Of a stretch of 64,000 nt of DNA, positions 8,701-16,903 are shown piece after piece. The notes below the pieces were generated by a model. It was not told the origin of the DNA and did not search any database. It saw only the letters and a program-made list of their open reading frames with translations. Numbering within the stretch: position 1 is the first letter of the stretch; every line of letters begins with the position of its first letter. Made by a program: the position numbers and the translations under genes. The stretch is from Alphaproteobacteria bacterium (GTDB lineage Bacteria > Pseudomonadota > Alphaproteobacteria > JASGCL01), in assembly GCA_051010635.1 (NCBI GenBank), contig JBPCVJ010000039.1, forward strand, positions 2,489 to 66,488, in the 5' to 3' direction.

Positions 8701-10086
8701 ACCATCATTATCAATACTCAAAACAAAATTTTGGGTTATCACGCCGCCGCCATCATTTTCACGAGCCGATATGATAATACTATAGATAGGGTTAGTGCGT
8801 TCTTCAAAATCAAGCGACGATATGAATGTTAAAATCCCATCATGATTAATATAAAAATAATCGGCATCAGCACCGCTTAAACTATATTGAATAAACCTTG
8901 AACTGCCACCACCATCTACATCAACTGCCAAAAATGTGCCAATCAATATGTTGGCGGTATCGGTTTCGCTAATAGACAAATCGCTTGAGGTTGTCATCCA
9001 AGCCGTATCATCATCAATGTTATAGGCTTGCAAAACAAAAATGGTTGAAATAGATTCATTGCTATCGCTGGAATGGGCATACACCACAACCGAAAAAATA
9101 CCATCGCCATTGGTAGAAGCCTCATAATCAAAACTACCTATTAATCGCAATTCACCAGTATCCTCATCGATTGAAATGGTCGCAAGGGCCGCCTCATCAC
9201 CAGTCAAACTATAACTTATTTCACTATTATCGCCATCACGCGCTGAAAAAAATGCCAAATGATAATCATGCAAACCATCCATTTCATTGGCTGATAAAAA
9301 ATTCCTTTGCGTGCCGTGCCACAGCAGTGGATATTCATCAACATTGGATATTGATAAAACAAATAATGTACTTATCACCAGAGTGCCATCGCCTGATGCC
9401 GCCCCGCCATCTCTACCACGGGCATTGACCAAAACGGTGTAATTGCCCCAACGCTCCCTATCGGTAATTCCTAAACTTAACCAATAATTACTAAGATATT
9501 CATAATCAGGCTGATGTTTTAACCTTATCACGCCATCGCCACCTATCATCATAAGGGCAGTGCCAATACTATCTGGTGTATTGCTTAACCAATAATCTAT
9601 GCCTGGTCCATCAGGGTCTGTGGCAGAAAAAGTCGCAACCCCGCTACCGATATTTGCCGTTTCATCTATGGTTGCCGATGATGGATTACCGACAAACCAT
9701 CTAGCTACCCTATCATTCAAGCCATCTTCATGCAGATTGACAACCGACAAAACAAACAAACTGGTTAGGGCGGGCTCATCAATTACCCTATCGCTTGGTG
9801 CAGCATTAACCACAACGGTATAATTATTCCAGCGTTCTTGATTATAATTGCCAACATCACGCCAATATTGGATTAGATATTCATAATCAACAAAATGCCT
9901 TAATCTAATAACACCATCTAGCCCGATGGTCATAAGCACCAAACCAGCATTATCATCACTGGTGAGCCAATAGCTTATATCGTTGGATTCAGTATCGCTG
10001 GCAACAAAACTTGCTACAGGTTCGCCAACGCCTTTGTTTTCTTCCACATAGCCATCTTCTGGATTGACATCCCAAGTCGTTGTCAT
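5755..10086 (-). CDS. Giant secreted adhesin-like protein with at least 8 tandem cadherin-like repeats
   Basis: 1443 aa. A roughly 110-aa unit repeats: NDQPT.WSGT.S.G..I.ENN.S.L.L.TFTA.DADG..ISYSI.G.DSNLF.ID..GVLTLKSSIDYE..YN.H.GNYFTITI.AIGT.GG.GVGDGAL. Each unit shows cadherin hallmarks (DxDxNDQP linkers, ATDADG calcium sites, LDYE). There is no N-terminal signal peptide. The C-terminus carries Gly/Asp-rich DIDGDGTGNDRIYIYGD, which resembles RTX/T1SS-type calcium-binding and secretion regions. Confidence 0.85.
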   Translation of the reverse strand: MTTTWDVNPEDGYVEENKGVGEPVASFVASDTESNDISYWLTSDDNAGLVLMTIGLDGVIRLRHFVDYEYLIQYWRDVGNYNQERWNNYTVVVNAAPSDRVIDEPALTSLFVLSVVNLHEDGLNDRVARWFVGNPSSATIDETANIGSGVATFSATDPDGPGIDYWLSNTPDSIGTALMMIGGDGVIRLKHQPDYEYLSNYWLSLGITDRERWGNYTVLVNARGRDGGAASGDGTLVISTLFVLSISNVDEYPLLWHGTQRNFLSANEMDGLHDYHLAFFSARDGDNSEISYSLTGDEAALATISIDEDTGELRLIGSFDYEASTNGDGIFSVVVYAHSSDSNESISTIFVLQAYNIDDDTAWMTTSSDLSISETDTANILIGTFLAVDVDGGGSSRFIQYSLSGADADYFYINHDGILTFISSLDFEERTNPIYSIIISARENDGGGVITQNFVLSIDNDGVNDPDVNDQPTIWSDNQTSDIFIIEEDTTDVVITTFTAIDDDGAGISYSITGTDSVYFSIDSDTGILTFISLLDYETVSHQYTITINAIGTAGGDGVGAGGIVLTQNFVVSIGNDGINELNLNDQPTRWADTPSAGEMIDENNASGLILTIFSAIDFDGNNINYSITGTDTNLFTIDSQGALTLLSSLDYEGIYNRHNGNYFTITINAIGTDGGAGVGDGALSISQIFILTLNNQDEPNSNDQMAIWSGTPSTGGMINEDNASELMLATFTAIDADGTDIDYSIIGTDSNLFSIDENGVLILKSSIDYETTYNNHVANYFTITIRAFGTSDGFGRGDGALAITQTFILTVIDDGVDDPNVNDQMAIWSGTPSSGVMIDENNVSELVLTTFTATDADGVGISYSITGDDSDLFTIDDNGVLILKSSIDYEETYHEHRGDYFTITIHALGTGGGQGIGGGALAITQIFILSVGDEDEVDVNDQPTAWLSTPSTGAAINENNAVDVSLATFMATDADGADISYSIAGDDRNLFAIDTAGVLTLKSSIDYEKTYNGHYGNYFTITIHAIGTSGGDGVGDGALILSQTFILTINNDGTNETNLNDQPTEWSGTQNAGAVIDENDVVNVAFATFIATDADGAGIAYSLSGINSNLFSIDNMGGLSLKSTIDYEGIYGGYDGNYFTITINAIGTADGIMVGDGTSAITQIFVLSINNVNDEMTEWSGTQSAGTTVNENNASDLTITTFTAVDTDGADISYSIGGTDSNLFMIDTEGVLTLISSLDYEGTYNGHAGNYFTITINAIGTDGGAGVGDGALSITQTFILSLVDINESPNHPPPNTPIYVDDAIYNGNVILSADIYFSNAHYTNDDGKNYHNLTADNLDDSFIVFTDPDGNQNQYHWYFIQDNANDGTGHIMFDIDGDGTGNDRIYIYGDKDNFNAFDWQSPNLNGEFATPNGLSLDQNGTAALTYQQFLDLVGGQDNINFI
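6330..8680. repeat. Intragenic tandem DNA repeats of about 330 bp. These are the cadherin-like repeat units of the giant gene.
   Basis: Periodic near-identical segments are visible in the ORF translation and in recurring DNA strings such as ccatcggcatcggttgc and gataatagaaat-like blocks. The boundaries are approximate. Confidence 0.6.
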
Positions 10087-10142
10087 ATATTTTATATCAT
10101 CAGGCTAGCCAATATAAGTTTATTTTGCAAGCGAATTTTTAA

Positions 10143-11009
10143 TCAAAACCCCAACTTAAAATCAGCTATCACCGAGCCGATATTACCTGAGGCAAAATCC
10201 TTTGCCAGCAAAAGCTCTGAACCAGCCCCACGGTTGGTATTACGCCTATCACCAAACACAAAATAATAATCAAAACGCAGTTCAACATCCATCGTGCTAA
10301 ATATAGATAAATCACGAACGATATTAAATTTAACACCGGTGCCAATTTTTAACAAAATATTATTGCCAGCTTTATCCAAATCATCTGGGTTAGGTATGGT
10401 TTCATCAAATAGACCTTTTGTAACAATATCCTCTGTTTGCCAAAATAATACCCCCACCCCCAATCGCAAGGGGAAAGAAAATTGCCAAACCGAAATGCCA
10501 TGGTAGGATTGATCAATCGTAAAAATATAATTATTAAAAGTCACATCGCTAATAACTGCAGGGTCGGTAAGATAAATCTTACCGCTATTACCATAATACA
10601 TAAAATTGGCTTCAGCCGAATAGTTTTGATTAAAATCATAACCAAGCGAAATGCTAGGGGCATAGCCAACTGTAAAACTATTGGTTATATGGTTGCTAGG
10701 GGTGGTTGAGTCATCATCATCATTATTCCCACGATAAAAACCTTCCTCATCAAATGGAATAATAACCGCAAAACCGCCCTTAAAAAACAAACCAAGTGTA
10801 TCTGACTCAGGTGGCAAGGAATAATCATTGGCTATAATTTTAATAGGTTTAGCCGTAGGTTGATTATTGGCTTTGGTATCAGGCTTATTAGTATCCTGTG
10901 CCCACGCCATCAATGGCATAAAACATAAAATAAATTTTATAAATAACCCCATCAACCATAATGAAGTAAAAGAAAAACCAATAGAAGAAAATTTCATGGC
11001 AGGCAACAA
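10143..11009 (-). CDS. Outer membrane beta-barrel protein (small, OmpA/Omp25-like barrel family)
   Basis: It has an N-terminal signal-like hydrophobic segment (..FMPLMAWAQDT). Alternating amphipathic beta-strand pattern. The terminal residues are ...DFKLGF, with the terminal Phe typical of OMP barrels. It lies directly upstream of, and co-directional with, the cadherin-repeat gene. Confidence 0.55.
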   Translation of the reverse strand: MLPAMKFSSIGFSFTSLWLMGLFIKFILCFMPLMAWAQDTNKPDTKANNQPTAKPIKIIANDYSLPPESDTLGLFFKGGFAVIIPFDEEGFYRGNNDDDDSTTPSNHITNSFTVGYAPSISLGYDFNQNYSAEANFMYYGNSGKIYLTDPAVISDVTFNNYIFTIDQSYHGISVWQFSFPLRLGVGVLFWQTEDIVTKGLFDETIPNPDDLDKAGNNILLKIGTGVKFNIVRDLSIFSTMDVELRFDYYFVFGDRRNTNRGAGSELLLAKDFASGNIGSVIADFKLGF

Positions 11010-11091
11010 TAAAGTCTTTTGTGATTGAATGCAACAAATTATTTAAAAACTCTTCATAATAAATTTATCAAAAAATTATTTTATGTTTGTA

Positions 11092-12723
11092 TCAATTAAT
11101 TATGTTGTCATCGCTTGAGGGCAATAAACCCATATATTGTTGCATAGCCTTATCAGGTTGCCGCCATAAATTAAAATAAAATGGTGAAACATAAAGAGCT
11201 TGTGTCATTATTTTTTGCCTTGTAGCAATTGATGGCATATCAGTAAATTCTTGAAACATAGAATAACCAAAACCCAATCGCCCGCCTGCCACCTTAAAAT
11301 CCAACAGTTCAAGCATAGTGGGGAAAAGGTCATAATGGGTTACCTGCCTTTCATTTGCCAGCCTTAATTTTTGTTTATAGATAAAACCATAAATATCACG
11401 ATGGGGATAAAGTGCATCCCATGTTTTAATATCAACATAAGCAATGGCAGTCATACGATGGTCGCCCATCAATAATATCTCGCTATCTTTAAGTAAATTC
11501 ATAGATTCAGCTTTGGCAAAAAAATCATGTAGTGCTTGGGCGGTGCATTCCACCACCTTATCCAAATTATCCACATTGGTTGGTGCATTATAATGGCAAG
11601 AACTGCTAGCTGGCAAATGCATATCAATGGTTGCGATGATTAAAAAAAATGGTGTGCCATCTATTTTTCTTCTATCTTGCAATTCTTTTAATTTGTTATA
11701 ACCTTCTTCCAAAATAGGGGCATCGTGCAATCCCCATTGTCCTTGTTTTTCGGAAATGGCGGTGCCATAACCATTTTGTTGAAAATATTCCATGTGATAA
11801 GCTTCATCAAAATGATGGGTTTGATTATAAAAATCCGCAAGCCCAGCCGAATTGCGAAAGGCGGCTTGAATAAAAACATTGTCATAACCATATTTTTTTA
11901 AAATATCGCTTAAACAAATTGCATTTTGTAAAACGGTGGAATCGCCATGGGTATTTTTTAAATCAATAAAAAATACCGACCTTATCGGCAAACCACATTG
12001 GCTAGCAACATGACCTGATTGGGTATGCACTGCCGTGCCGATGGTTTTAAAATTGAGCACCAATGATTTATCCTCAATAGGCTGTAAAGCCGCTAATAAA
12101 TTTCGCCCATAATAGGCTGGGTGCTTAAAACTATCTTCTAAACTTTCAACATAAATCACTATCAAATTTTTTTTCTTTTTGGGGGCAACGATCGCAACTT
12201 GTTTTGGGTCAATATAATTTTGTTGAAAATAATCTGGCTGATGTGGCCACGGCACACGGCTATAAACAAAATCGGTTATATTGGCCCCACGCCAAAAAAT
12301 CGAACAACTAACCATAACAATCATTAACACCAAAAAAAATTTTATCCTTAATCGCCACCAACCAATTTTTTTTATTTGCAATGGATCTTTGGTATTTTTT
12401 TTTAACCGCAAAGCTATCCATTGGTCAAAAAATGATAACAATAATGCCACCAACCATGGCATCAAAATCAGATATAAAATGCCAGTTTGGGTATAATAAA
12501 ATGGTGCTTCCAAACCTTTGGTGCCAAACATCAATAACATAGAAATGGTTTCCATGCTTGGGCCACTAAAATTACGCCATAACCAAAGATGAAACCCATA
12601 AAACATCAAGGGCACATAATAAGGCAATGCCCCCAACAATAGTGAAAAAACGCCCAATTGTTTAGCAGTTAGCATTTTAAAAAAACGGCTTTGACCACCG
12701 CCAGCTAAATCATCATTCGCCAT
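11092..12723 (-). CDS. Sulfatase-like membrane phosphotransferase (LTA-synthase / phosphoglycerol-transferase MdoB-like family)
   Basis: N-terminal multi-TM region followed by an alkaline-phosphatase-superfamily domain: LIVIYVESLEDSF (the VxxES motif of LtaS/EptA-type enzymes), IIATIDMHLP and LLMGDHRMT (the MGDH metal-binding motif). Confidence 0.7.
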   Translation of the reverse strand: MANDDLAGGGQSRFFKMLTAKQLGVFSLLLGALPYYVPLMFYGFHLWLWRNFSGPSMETISMLLMFGTKGLEAPFYYTQTGILYLILMPWLVALLLSFFDQWIALRLKKNTKDPLQIKKIGWWRLRIKFFLVLMIVMVSCSIFWRGANITDFVYSRVPWPHQPDYFQQNYIDPKQVAIVAPKKKKNLIVIYVESLEDSFKHPAYYGRNLLAALQPIEDKSLVLNFKTIGTAVHTQSGHVASQCGLPIRSVFFIDLKNTHGDSTVLQNAICLSDILKKYGYDNVFIQAAFRNSAGLADFYNQTHHFDEAYHMEYFQQNGYGTAISEKQGQWGLHDAPILEEGYNKLKELQDRRKIDGTPFFLIIATIDMHLPASSSCHYNAPTNVDNLDKVVECTAQALHDFFAKAESMNLLKDSEILLMGDHRMTAIAYVDIKTWDALYPHRDIYGFIYKQKLRLANERQVTHYDLFPTMLELLDFKVAGGRLGFGYSMFQEFTDMPSIATRQKIMTQALYVSPFYFNLWRQPDKAMQQYMGLLPSSDDNIIN

Positions 12724-12823
12724 ATTTTTATTTTATTGTGCGGTTAGCATCCGATATTAATTTTTGCATTTTTAAGCGATGATAAAAAAATTGTCAAGAG
12801 ATAAGGCAAATATCATCATCTAC

Positions 12824-14482
12824 CTATCTGGCAACAGGCCTTGTCCAAAGATTAAGGTAGGTTTTAGAATATTGCAATGATTCGCCAATAATTTTATGCC
12901 ATTCATCAAGATTGGGATAAGAAGGATGTTTTTGAAAAACCGAATAACCAAGCCCCAAACGCCCGCCTTGAATCTTAAAACCCAAATGTTCTAATAAACT
13001 AGGAAACAGGTCATAATGGGTTATATCATATCTCATAGGTTCTAAATTTTTTTGCAAAAATAAATTATAAATATGCCGCACGGGATAAACCGCATTCCAT
13101 TCAACCATCTTAATGCCTTTCATACCAAATAACAAATGGTCTCCTATAATAACAACATTGCTATTGGCAAATAAATTATGATGATCGGCTTTGGTAAGAA
13201 AATTTGCCAAGCTAGCACTGGTGCATTCCACCACCTTATCCAATGTTTTATCTTTGGCATCAACGGTGCAAGTCGAATCAGCCAAAGGGTGAAGGTCAAG
13301 CGTAGCCACCATCAATAAAAAAGGTTGCTGTGTATTTTTTTTATGCTTTTGTAGCCATAGCAATTTTTTATAAGTTTCTTCAAAAATATATTCATCATAT
13401 AATCCCCACTGACCTTTTTTATGGGGCGTCAAAGCATAACCACGCAAATTCCAATCTTCTAAATAATAGGTTTCATCAAATTGATGGCTATTATAAAAAT
13501 TACCCATACCACCCGTTTTGAAAGTTGCCCCTTTCATAAAAACATTATAATAGCCGTGGGTTTTTAAAATATCACTCAGGCAGGTGGCATTGTGTAAAAT
13601 ATGTTTTATTTGTTTTTGTTGTTTATTAACATTGGAATTATTTTTGCCAAATAAAATACTCTTTAAGGGCAAACCACATTCTAAACTTACATGGGCGGAT
13701 ATGGTATAACTATTGGGCGGAACTTGATGAAAAGTTAATTGCATGCCTTTATTTTCAAAAGGCAATAGATGGGGTATAAGATTGCGACCAAAAAAATCTG
13801 GCTGGCGAAAATTATCTTCAAAACTTTCTAGAATAATAATTACCAAATTTTTTTTATTGTCTGGGGGTGTGATGATAACATTTTTTGGGTCAATATAATG
13901 GCGAGCAAAATAATCAGGGTTGTTCGCAGTTTGAAAAACTTGTTCGCCCTGTAAAAAATCCTTCAATTTCATATCCACTGACAAATTCATAGTATTAGAA
14001 ACAATAAAAAAAATAATTGCCAACCATTTCAAATAGAAAAAAACCTTGCCAAATATGTTTAAAATGTTTGGTAAATTTTTTTTTGCCTTAGTGTTCAATA
14101 CTAATTGCAAAACAATGGGCAAGATAAAACCACTGCCAACTATTCGCACTACCTTTACCAACAAAGCCAATAATAAAGCTATCACCAATGGTATTAAAAC
14201 CACAAAATAAATAAAAGTTAGATAAACATAATTGGCAGCTTCTATACCATCAACCCCAAAGGCAAGATGATTCATCACCTGTGCCAAACTTGGCATATCA
14301 AAATATCGTTTTAACCAATAATGAAAATAATAAATCATCAATGGCAAACAATACGGCAAACCAGCCACCAGCCATTGCCAGCTAATTTTTTTTAAACTCA
14401 GATGCGATAATTTTCTTTTTTGCAAAAATAACCAACTAGTCCATCGCCGCCTATTCAACCGTTGAAAACCAAACTTAAACAA
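12824..14482 (-). CDS. Sulfatase-like membrane phosphotransferase, tandem paralog of 11092-12723
   Basis: Same architecture and collinear motifs: LVIIILESFEDNF, MVATLDLHP and VVIIGDHLLF. It is clearly paralogous to its neighbour. Confidence 0.7.
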   Translation of the reverse strand: MFKFGFQRLNRRRWTSWLFLQKRKLSHLSLKKISWQWLVAGLPYCLPLMIYYFHYWLKRYFDMPSLAQVMNHLAFGVDGIEAANYVYLTFIYFVVLIPLVIALLLALLVKVVRIVGSGFILPIVLQLVLNTKAKKNLPNILNIFGKVFFYLKWLAIIFFIVSNTMNLSVDMKLKDFLQGEQVFQTANNPDYFARHYIDPKNVIITPPDNKKNLVIIILESFEDNFRQPDFFGRNLIPHLLPFENKGMQLTFHQVPPNSYTISAHVSLECGLPLKSILFGKNNSNVNKQQKQIKHILHNATCLSDILKTHGYYNVFMKGATFKTGGMGNFYNSHQFDETYYLEDWNLRGYALTPHKKGQWGLYDEYIFEETYKKLLWLQKHKKNTQQPFLLMVATLDLHPLADSTCTVDAKDKTLDKVVECTSASLANFLTKADHHNLFANSNVVIIGDHLLFGMKGIKMVEWNAVYPVRHIYNLFLQKNLEPMRYDITHYDLFPSLLEHLGFKIQGGRLGLGYSVFQKHPSYPNLDEWHKIIGESLQYSKTYLNLWTRPVAR

Positions 14483-14498
14483 ATTATGTTGTCCCTCA

Positions 14499-15500
14499 TT
14501 ATCTATTTGCTATTTTAACCCATGCCCCTTCGGTTTGTTTTAATCTTGCCAATTTTAATTTCTTAAAATCATCACCTGCATGATAGGAAGACCGCGTCAA
14601 TGGGCTAGCCGATACTATCAAAAAACCTTTTGCCAAAGCCACTTCAGCCAATTCGTCAAATTCTTTTTGATACCAGAATTTTTTTACCGCGGCATGTTTT
14701 TTGGTTGGTTGTAAATATTGACCAAGCGTTAAAAAATCCACCCCTGCCGAACGGGCATCATCCATCACTTGCAATATCTCATTGCGTTCTTCGCCAAAAC
14801 CCAACATCAAACCAGTTTTGGTAAAAATATTAGGCGAAAGTTTTTTCATATTTTCTAACAGCGATAAGGATGTATAATAACGCGCGCCAGGGCGAAGTTT
14901 GAGATAAAATCGCGGCACAGTTTCTAAATTATGATTAAAAACATCAGGCGGGTTTTGTGCTATCACATCAATCGCATTAGATTTATGCTTAAAATCAGGG
15001 GTAAGAATTTCTATGGTCGTATCGGGATTCATTTTTCGCACCGCCATAATAACTTTTTGAAAATGTGTCGCTCCACCATCGGGTAAATCATCACGATCCA
15101 CCGAGGTAATAACAACATGCGATAGCCCCATTAATTTGACTGCCATGGCTATATTATATGGCTCTTTGGGATTGAGTAGCCGAGGGCGACCTGTTTTAAC
15201 ATAACAAAACCCACAGGCACGGGTGCAAATATCCCCCATTATCATAAAGGTGGCATGTTTTTTTTGCCAACATTCATGGATATTGGGACAAGCGGCTTCG
15301 GCACAAACAGTGTGAAGGTTATAATCCCTAACAATTTTTTCAGTCGCTTGCCAAGATAAAGATGGAGTGGTTGCCACCCGCACCTTTAACCAATCAGGTT
15401 TGGCAAGGCTCAACTGGTCAGGGCGGTGGCGTTTTTCTGGATGGCGGGGCGGAGCAACATTGTTGCTATTAGCAAAACGGCGAAAAGATGGCGAAGTCAT
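14499..15500 (-). CDS. lipA: Lipoyl synthase
   Basis: Both cysteine clusters are present: [12 protein letters not shown] and the radical-SAM motif CTRACGFC. Confidence 0.92.
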   Translation of the reverse strand: MTSPSFRRFANSNNVAPPRHPEKRHRPDQLSLAKPDWLKVRVATTPSLSWQATEKIVRDYNLHTVCAEAACPNIHECWQKKHATFMIMGDICTRACGFCYVKTGRPRLLNPKEPYNIAMAVKLMGLSHVVITSVDRDDLPDGGATHFQKVIMAVRKMNPDTTIEILTPDFKHKSNAIDVIAQNPPDVFNHNLETVPRFYLKLRPGARYYTSLSLLENMKKLSPNIFTKTGLMLGFGEERNEILQVMDDARSAGVDFLTLGQYLQPTKKHAAVKKFWYQKEFDELAEVALAKGFLIVSASPLTRSSYHAGDDFKKLKLARLKQTEGAWVKIANR

Positions 15501-15584
15501 TGATGTGTTTATAACAGAGGCACGCCAAAAAATCTATCAATTAGCTTATCATTTACCCCCATCATCACCTATAAAAAAATGCCC

Positions 15585-16814
15585 CTATTTTTCATCATAA
15601 CCACGCTTAAAACCCGCCGCCAAATCTGCCCAAATATCTTCTTTATCTTCAAGACCAATTTGCAAACGCATCAAGGTGGGGGTGGTGGCATCCTCCACTT
15701 CACCTGATTTTTGCCATGGGGTTATCGCCCGATTGGGAAAATGCGGCACAATAAGGCTTTCAAATCCCCCCCATGAATATCCCATTTTAAAAATATCCAT
15801 CTTATCAACAAAATCTGCCAATTTATTTTTTGCTAAGGCTTCAATAATAATAGAAAAAACCCCTGTGGCACCATTAAAATCACGCTGCCAAAACTCATGC
15901 CCCACACTACCCTTGATGGCGGGGTATAAAATTTCTTTCACTTTTTTTTCACCCTGCAATTTTTTTATTAACCATGCGGTGGATTCTTGATGCTGACGCA
16001 AACGAGTCAATAATGTGCGTAATCCCCGCAACATCATATAACAATCATCTGCCGATACCGAAATACCAAGCGCCCGCCTGCCACGGTCAAGCAGGGCAAA
16101 ATGCTCGGCATTATCTGCCACCACTGCCCCCATCAAACCATCGGCATGACCGCAAATATATTTGGTAAGGGAATGCATAACAAAATTAACCCCCAATGTG
16201 AGTGGTTTAATACAAACCCCCGCACCCCATGTGCTATCACAACCGACCAAGATATTTTTTGCCCGTGCCATAGCCACAATGGCTTGGGTATCGCATATTT
16301 CAAAAGTTTGTGAACCGGGGTTTTCTATCCACACCAACACTAAATTTTTTTCATATTCAATTATTTTTTGCGATAAGGTTTTTGTATCCATCGGGTCAAA
16401 ATACACCACCAAAACCCCAAGCGGTGTTATCATTTTTTGCAAGAAATTCTTCACTGGGTCATAAACATTGTCAGCCACCAACATCACCGCATTTTTTTTG
16501 ACTGAGGCAACCGACAAAAATAATGTGGTAATGGCATTCATTCCTGATGATGCCAGCATCGTATCATAACCTTCTTCCAATTCGGTTAAGGCGGCACGCA
16601 AATAATCAGCGGTTGCTGTGCCATGCCGCCCATAGGTTATTTTTTGCTTTTTTATTCCCAACAGATGGTCAAGGCTTTCATGTAATATCGTGCTGGCACG
16701 ATAAGGCGGTGGATTAATAATGCCATCGTGTTTTTTACTATCACGACCCATCAATGTTAATTTGGTGCCGAGGCGAAAATTATCTTTACTATATTTCACC
16801 ATAACAATATCCAA
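15585..16814 (-). CDS. metC: Cystathionine beta-lyase (PLP-dependent, Cys/Met metabolism family)
   Basis: The PLP-lysine region is SLTKYICGHADG. The blocks GHEFWQRDF, YSWGGFESL and RLQIGLEDKEDIWADLAAGF are collinear with E. coli MetC. Confidence 0.88.
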   Translation of the reverse strand: MDIVMVKYSKDNFRLGTKLTLMGRDSKKHDGIINPPPYRASTILHESLDHLLGIKKQKITYGRHGTATADYLRAALTELEEGYDTMLASSGMNAITTLFLSVASVKKNAVMLVADNVYDPVKNFLQKMITPLGVLVVYFDPMDTKTLSQKIIEYEKNLVLVWIENPGSQTFEICDTQAIVAMARAKNILVGCDSTWGAGVCIKPLTLGVNFVMHSLTKYICGHADGLMGAVVADNAEHFALLDRGRRALGISVSADDCYMMLRGLRTLLTRLRQHQESTAWLIKKLQGEKKVKEILYPAIKGSVGHEFWQRDFNGATGVFSIIIEALAKNKLADFVDKMDIFKMGYSWGGFESLIVPHFPNRAITPWQKSGEVEDATTPTLMRLQIGLEDKEDIWADLAAGFKRGYDEK

Positions 16815-16903
16815 ATGATTTTTTTACATAAAAAATACCAAGCAAAAATTAATGTCTGTTATAAAAATTATGTTATTATTTTTTAATGATAGATAACCAA
16901 ATG

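Noticed and set aside
5830-9823. About ten 60-85-aa ORFs on the plus strand inside the cadherin-repeat gene. Several share similar sequences (for example ...CVPDHSV...).
   Set aside because: They are antisense reflections of the repeated coding DNA, since the same repeat gives the same spurious ORF each time. They have no start context and lie entirely inside a well-supported 1443-aa CDS.
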